Assembly (NCBI RefSeq): GCF_032191835.1
Contig: NC_083236.1
Span: 45,322,001-45,386,000, forward strand
DNA length: 64,000 bases
Source of the DNA: Heteronotia binoei
Taxonomy: Eukaryota
Reading direction: 5' to 3'
The translations under genes and the position numbers were made by a program. Shown one piece after another: positions 58,329 to 64,000 of the stretch. The notes under the pieces are model-generated. The model saw only the letters and a list, made by a program, of their open reading frames with translations. It had not been told where the DNA came from and searched no databases. How positions within the stretch are numbered: the stretch's first letter is position 1; every line of letters begins with the position of its first letter.

Positions 58329-58590
58329 CAGTTTGGTGTAGTGTTTATGTGAGTGGACTCTTATCTGGGAGAATTGGGTTTGATTCCCCACTCCTCCACT
58401 TGCACCTGCTGGAATGGCCTTGGGTCAGCCATAGATCTGGCAGAGGTTATCCTTGAAAGGGCAGCTGCTGTGAGAGCCCTCTCAGCCCCACCCACCTCAC
58501 AGGGTGTCTGTTGGTGGGGGGAGAGATAAAGGAGATTGTGACCGCTCCAAGACTCTGAAATTCAGAGTATAGGGCAGGATATAAATCTTC
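58329..58590 (+). mobile_element. Squam3-like SINE
   Basis: CCAGTTTGGTGTAGTG head; body near-identical to the 23198 copy. Confidence 0.75.
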
Positions 58591-58671
58591 TTCTACCTGG
58601 AGGCTGGCAGCCCGACATTCCCGAAGAACTGATCCCAGCTGCTTGTGAAGGAACACAATGGGCTTATTAAG

Positions 58672-58885
58672 AACATAAGAACATAAGAGAAGCCATGTTG
58701 GATCAGGCCAACGGCCCATCAAGTCCAACCCTCTGTGTCACACAGTGGCAAAAAATGTTATATACACACATACACTGTGGCTAATAGCCACTGATGGACC
58801 TGTGCTCCATATTTTTATCTAAACCCCTCTTGAAGGTGGCTATACTTGTGGCCGCCACCACCTCCTGTGGCAGTGAATTCCATTT
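58672..58885 (-). mobile_element. CR1 LINE 3' fragment
   Basis: Same CR1 terminal sequence as at 23824. Confidence 0.8.
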
Positions 58886-59504
58886 AATTTACATCACGAT
58901 ACATACAACTTGGGCCTCCATGCTATGACTGCTACAACTCTAGCAGCCATTTTGACAAGAAGCTCCAACTTCCTCCTCCCTGATCCCACCAGGAAGCTGA
59001 CAGCTGCTCCTCCAAACATCTCCTCTTTCTTAACTGTGTCATTCTTTGTAACTCTCTCACAATGGAAGCAGAGCCCCCCTTCCTGTGGTATGTATTTATT
59101 TAGAAACTTGTATGCCCTCTCAGACCCGCTGAAGGAAGCTCACAACAATAAAATAAAACCAAGCATACAATACCAATAAAAACATATCATACCAATTAAA
59201 ACATAGCAGGGAAGCAATTCATAGGGTGTTGCCTGCTCGAAGTTGGGAAAATCCTGGAGGTTTGGGGGTAGAGTCTGAGGAGGGTGGGGTTCAAGCAGGG
59301 GAGGGACTTCAGTGGGGTACAATGCCGTAGAGTCCACCCTCCAAAGCAGTCATTTTCTCCAGAGAGAGAAAGACCTCTGCAAACACAGGCTTAGATGCTG
59401 TGTAGTGAGGAAAGTCTAACTTTCCTAGTCCCAGTCTCTGTTCCCAGAGCATCTAATCTTCCCAAATGCCATGAAGCAGAGTCCTTGTCAAGAATGGCTC
59501 TGAG

Positions 59505-59720
59505 CAGTGTTCCCTCTAAGCTAAGTTAGCATGAGCTAGCTCACAGATTTTTAACCTCCAGCTCACACATTTTTGTGTTAGCTCAGGAAGGACGACCCCA
59601 GAACACACTCATTTATGCAGTAGCTCACAACTTTAATACCAATAGCTCACAACTTTAATGCTAATAGCTCACAAAGCAGACGTTTTGCTCACAAGACTTT
59701 GCAGCTTAGAGGGAACATTG
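59505..59720. mobile_element. MITE with CAGTGTTCCCTCTAAG...CTTAGAGGGAACATTG termini; further copies at about 20350-20790, 26803-27000, 35309-35499
   Basis: Terminal inverted repeats and shared internal AGCTCACA repeats across four or more copies. Confidence 0.8.
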
Positions 59721-60704
59721 ATTCTGAGGCAGAATACTTTACACCTTAACTATTTATTTAGGTGCTCAGAGCTCAGATATAGCAGGGTCTTCTTTATACA
59801 CCAACTATTCTAGAAACTACAAGATTTTGTGTTTGAAGTAATGAGTGTAGTAGGTTGATGTTGGAAGAGTCTCTGATCTAAAACACATTTGTTCATTTTA
59901 GATAATTTGTGTTAACTATTATGCCTCCCCCACCGCCCAATACATGCTAAGTATGTTACTACCTTGATCTCAGCCAAAGGAACTCAGAGCAGCATATACT
60001 ATTCTACCCTCATCCATTGTGTACTATACCCAAAGCCTTTTTTGAGCAGGAACACAGTTCCAGCTGCCTTGGCATCAGGAGGTGTGGCTTAATATGCAAA
60101 TGAGTTCCTGCTGGGGTTTTTTCCTACAAAAAAGCCCTGTGTGAAACAATAGTGATGTCAGGGGATGTGGCCTAATATGCAAGTGAGTTTCTGCTGGGCC
60201 TTTTCTACAAAAAAGCCCTGTGTGAAACAATGGTGAAGTTGGGGTGTGTGGCCTAATATGCAAATAATTTCCTGCTGGGCTTTTTCTACAAAAAAACAAG
60301 CAAACCGATGACCATACCCCCTGAAGAAGATTCATCTGAAATGGAGCAACTGCCCCAAGATTACCCAGCAAGCTTTGTGGCAAAATTGAGCATCTGAAGC
60401 AGGCCCTCCTAAACCATAGTCCCAACACCTTAAGCACTGGGTGTGTAATACAGCACCATGTCACAGCTGACTTATAGCAACTCATAGGGTTTTTTTTAAG
60501 GCAAGATAAATTCAGAGGTGCCTTGCTGTTGCCTGCCTCTGCATAGCAACCCTGGACTCCCTTGGGTGTCTCCCATCCAAGTACTCACCAGGGCTAACCC
60601 TGCTTAGCTTCTGAGATCTGACAAGAATGGGTGAGCCTGGCCCATCCAGATCTATGCTGTGCTGCTACATCACTGTTAAGCCCACACTCCTTATGCAGTC
60701 CCAA

Positions 60705-63700
60705 GTTTGACATAAACAATATATTTGTTCTCTTCCTGCAGAAGTCCAGCCTATTAACACTATAGCTTTGAACGTTCATCAAGAGGACACAAAGCAGAAG
60801 AAATGTATTCATTGTTGAACAATCCTAGTAATATCTATATACGCTGCATTTGTTCTAATTAATATTTTAGTTAGCTCCGGCATATTGATTATTAATTTAC
60901 ACAATAAAGATCTATTTTACATCGTTTTCTTTTGAAGAGTCTTTTGGCTCTTGGCTTCACATCTTCTCGAGGTTTGTCCCTATGAAACATACCCCTCCCC
61001 CAAACTGAGGACTCTACATTCCCATTACTATGTCGATGCTCCATTGCAACTGTGAATGCCTCCACATTCACAGCAGCAGTAGAAGAAACACAGAAAATCA
61101 TCATTGTGAGGTTGCAGTGACAAACAAAAAGGGGTTCTCCAGACCGGAAAACTGCGATTCAGTTAAAAATATGGTTACCAGACAGATTGAAGCTGTTCAG
61201 AACGAAGCTCCCCTGTTTGCCACCTGCCAGAAACATTGCCCCAACCTCATGCCTATTCCAGCAACTTCTGAAGTCCTCCACAGGGGCACCTGTGTGTATA
61301 TATTTATATATGCCTTGCGTTTATTCTTATAGCTTCTCCATTGAAAGACCACTGCCCCCTGTAGATTTCTCCCCGGCAGATTGTTCTTCTGAGTCTTCAT
61401 GAATTTTGGCAAACAACTTGGCAAAATTGCTCTCCCGTAGCCCTCCACGGAAACTCCGTGCAGCGAAAGCGTACAAGATTGGGTTCAGGCAGCTGCTTAC
61501 AAAGGCGATAACCCCGTGAATGTTCACTGCCACTTTGGTCACCCGGAGCAAGTTCTCTGCCGTCTCCGGGTGTCCCTCTTTCAGCAGCAGAGCGATGTTG
61601 ATGAGGATGTTGAAGACGTGATAAGGGAGCCAACACACAAAGAAAGCAATGACCACCGCTGCAATCAGTTTCCCCGTCTTCATTTTCTTGTGGTTCTTCA
61701 GCATCTGTAGCCTCTTCAGGACGCAGGCGTAGCAGACAGCCATCACAGTGAAAGGGATCACAAAGCCAACCAAGGTCTCCACAAAGTTCACCGTCACTCG
61801 CGTCTGATCGGTATAGTACATTTCGTCTGTGCACACGCCTTCCTTCTTGGGCTTGGAGGACGCAATCAGAATTGGGCTTCCGAAGAGGCAAGCGGCCACC
61901 CAGAGCAGCAGCAATGCACAGCGCACCACACGCCGCCGCCCAAACTTTTGGAAGTGAAATGGGAAGATCACGGCAGCAAAACGATGGAGGCTCATCAGCG
62001 TGATGAGGAAGATGCTGGCATAAATGGTCAGGTAGACAAAGAACTTGAGCAGCCTGCAGAAAATGTCTCCGAAGACCCAGCCGTAGAGGAAAGAGTAAAT
62101 CCAGAAGGGTACGGTGCTCATGACCATCAAGTCTGTGATGGCCAAGTTCAGAATGAGGAGAAGGGTCAAAGAGCGTCGGGAGAACTTGGTAACAATAGTC
62201 CAGGCCACAAAGCCATTCCCAGGGAAACCAACCAAGAAAAAAGTAAAGAGAAATAGGCTTGGAAGCACAGAGATAGACTCATGAGTTTCCCCTGTCGCTG
62301 TATTGTTCCCTTCCAGCTCTGAGGCATTGTAGAGGGCCATGTGGCTTCTCATGCAGGGCTCAGCTTTTGCAAGTAAACAACTGGCCAAAGGCATAAATAA
62401 GAGCTTCAGAACCAAGAGGAAATGACTCGGGGAGGGGGCGTGGCATTGTTCATGGATGGATAGATTGGTTCTGTTGCAGAAACATTTCTTAAGAACATTA
62501 AATTCCTCTTTTTGTGGTGTTTGCTTCTGATGCAATCTAAAAGGCTTCCTAAGAAGATGCCTTCTGCTGATCTTAACATTTCTGTGTCCCAAATGGGGAA
62601 TCACCTGTGCTGCAACCAACATCCCTTCTGCACCTGTTACTTGAATATTTAAGTGTGGGGATCATGCTTCCATGCCACTGCCACAATGTGATAGCATTTG
62701 TGTGTGTGTATATATGTCTAAAGTGCTGTCAAATTACAGCCAGCCTATGTTGACCAGTTAGGTTTTCACAGCAAGGGGTGAATGGAGGTCTGCCAATGCC
62801 TACCTCTGTGTAGCACCCCTGGACCTCCTTGGTACTGTCCAGGACTGATCCTGCTTAGGCTAGCCTGAGCCATCCAGCATTTAGCTTCTGTTAAATGTAT
62901 CAGCTGGGCTACGCAACCCTTACACACAATAATTTTGAAGTAAAAGAGAGCTATCATGCACTCCTCCCTGAATCAGATTACCCTATGCCTGTGTGAGAGT
63001 GAAATTCTCTGTTATGCACCCCTTTCTGCCTTTTGCCTTCCTTTACACTGGAGGAAAGTACTTCTCCTAATGGATCAGATCTGCAAGATCTAATCCCACA
63101 GCAATGGGATTTCCCGTATGAGTTCTTCCCACAGCATTTCCCATACGAGTTCTTCCTTTTCAACTTCTGAACAGCAACCATCACCATAGAAAGATGTTAG
63201 TAGAAATCAGGCATATACTGGAGCACAGCTTTTTTTCTGGAAATAGATGTGCCGGACCTCTCGGGGGAAATGAAGGAGAAACACATGGGTGCCCCTCATG
63301 AACTTTAACATATTTTTGATAATTTTGTTTCCATGCCTTTGTCTGGATCATCGGATGTTTGAATCTACATATTACACAAACCAACACATTACACACTTGT
63401 CAAAGGACCTTAAGGCCAAGGTCCTATTAAGGGACACAGGCTGGGCAAATGCAAGCAATGCAAAGTATTTCAAAAAGATGCTTTTGTGACCCGCTACATC
63501 CATCCATCAAAATGCTGGTAGCTATCAGGATTGACACCAGTTTTCCCTCTAAGCTGAATTAGTCTGAGCCAGGGCTCTTTTTGTAGAAAAAGCCCAGCAG
63601 GAACTTATTTGCATATTTAGACCACACAGGGGTTTTTTTGCAGCAACTCCTTTGCATATTAGGACACACACCCCGGATGTAGCTAGTTTTACTTGAGCTT

Positions 63701-64000
63701 ACCATAGGCCCTGTACTATGATCCCTGTAAGCTCTTGGAGGATTGGCTACATCAGGAGGTGTGGCTTAATATGCAAAGGAGTTCCTGCAAAAAAAAAACC
63801 CTGAGGCCACACCTCTGGTGCCAAGCCAGCTGGAACTCTGTTCCTGTGCATTCCTGCTCAAAAAAAGCCCTGGTGTGAGCTCTCAGTTTTTTAGCCTCCG
63901 GCTCATGCATTTTTGTCTGTACAGCAACATAGGATGGCTGCTTGTGATCATGAAATAGTGTTGGGGTTGGAGTGCTGTAATGAGGATTTAGGATAGGTTG
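60705..64000. repeat. Tandem segmental duplication, copy B (continues beyond the window)
   Basis: Same collinear blocks as for copy A; the last 40 nt of the window match about 58098-58137. Confidence 0.9.
61327..62340 (-). CDS. Leukotriene B4 receptor (BLT1/BLT2)-like class A GPCR, copy B, 337 aa from MALYNASE
   Basis: Intact paralog of copy A with 34 substitutions and a C-terminus 2 aa shorter (hand count). Same 7TM motifs, with CWLPYH in TM6. Confidence 0.88.
   Translation of the reverse strand: MALYNASELEGNNTATGETHESISVLPSLFLFTFFLVGFPGNGFVAWTIVTKFSRRSLTLLLILNLAITDLMVMSTVPFWIYSFLYGWVFGDIFCRLLKFFVYLTIYASIFLITLMSLHRFAAVIFPFHFQKFGRRRVVRCALLLLWVAACLFGSPILIASSKPKKEGVCTDEMYYTDQTRVTVNFVETLVGFVIPFTVMAVCYACVLKRLQMLKNHKKMKTGKLIAAVVIAFFVCWLPYHVFNILINIALLLKEGHPETAENLLRVTKVAVNIHGVIAFVSSCLNPILYAFAARSFRGGLRESNFAKLFAKIHEDSEEQSAGEKSTGGSGLSMEKL

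Noticed and set aside
53420-64000. Receptor duplication as a false haplotype duplication
   Set aside because: The copies differ by 34 amino acids, private insertions and 3' flanks of about 80-85% identity, far beyond allelic divergence.

Overview
Vertebrate (squamate) genomic DNA. The SINE/MITE content looks gecko-like, but the species cannot be determined from the sequence. The window holds four protein-coding genes, all rebuilt by hand from splice sites and reading phase. (1) E2F4 on the minus strand: 10 coding exons, 392 aa, intron 3 is a U12 AT-AC intron. (2) EXOC3L1 on the plus strand, head-to-head with E2F4: 13 coding exons, 762 aa. (3, 4) Two tandem single-coding-exon leukotriene B4 receptor (BLT)-like class A GPCRs on the minus strand, 339 and 337 aa, about 90% identical. 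The rest is dense in squamate repeats: Sauria, Squam3-like and 5S-derived SINEs, CR1 and Bov-B LINE fragments, Penelope fragments with minimal hammerhead ribozyme cores, and several MITE families. There is a 215-N gap at 48377-48591. The most interesting signal is the receptor pair. It lies at a locus where I recall no BLT gene in mammals, but which is paralogous to the human LTB4R/LTB4R2 region. It has a remodelled ligand pocket and an HRF motif in place of DRY. The two copies show mosaic identity (3' flank about 80-85%, CDS about 95%, one upstream tract about 99.6%) and copy-specific insertions and poly(A) signals. No databases were searched. Comparisons with human proteins are from memory, identities are hand counts, and repeat boundaries are approximate.
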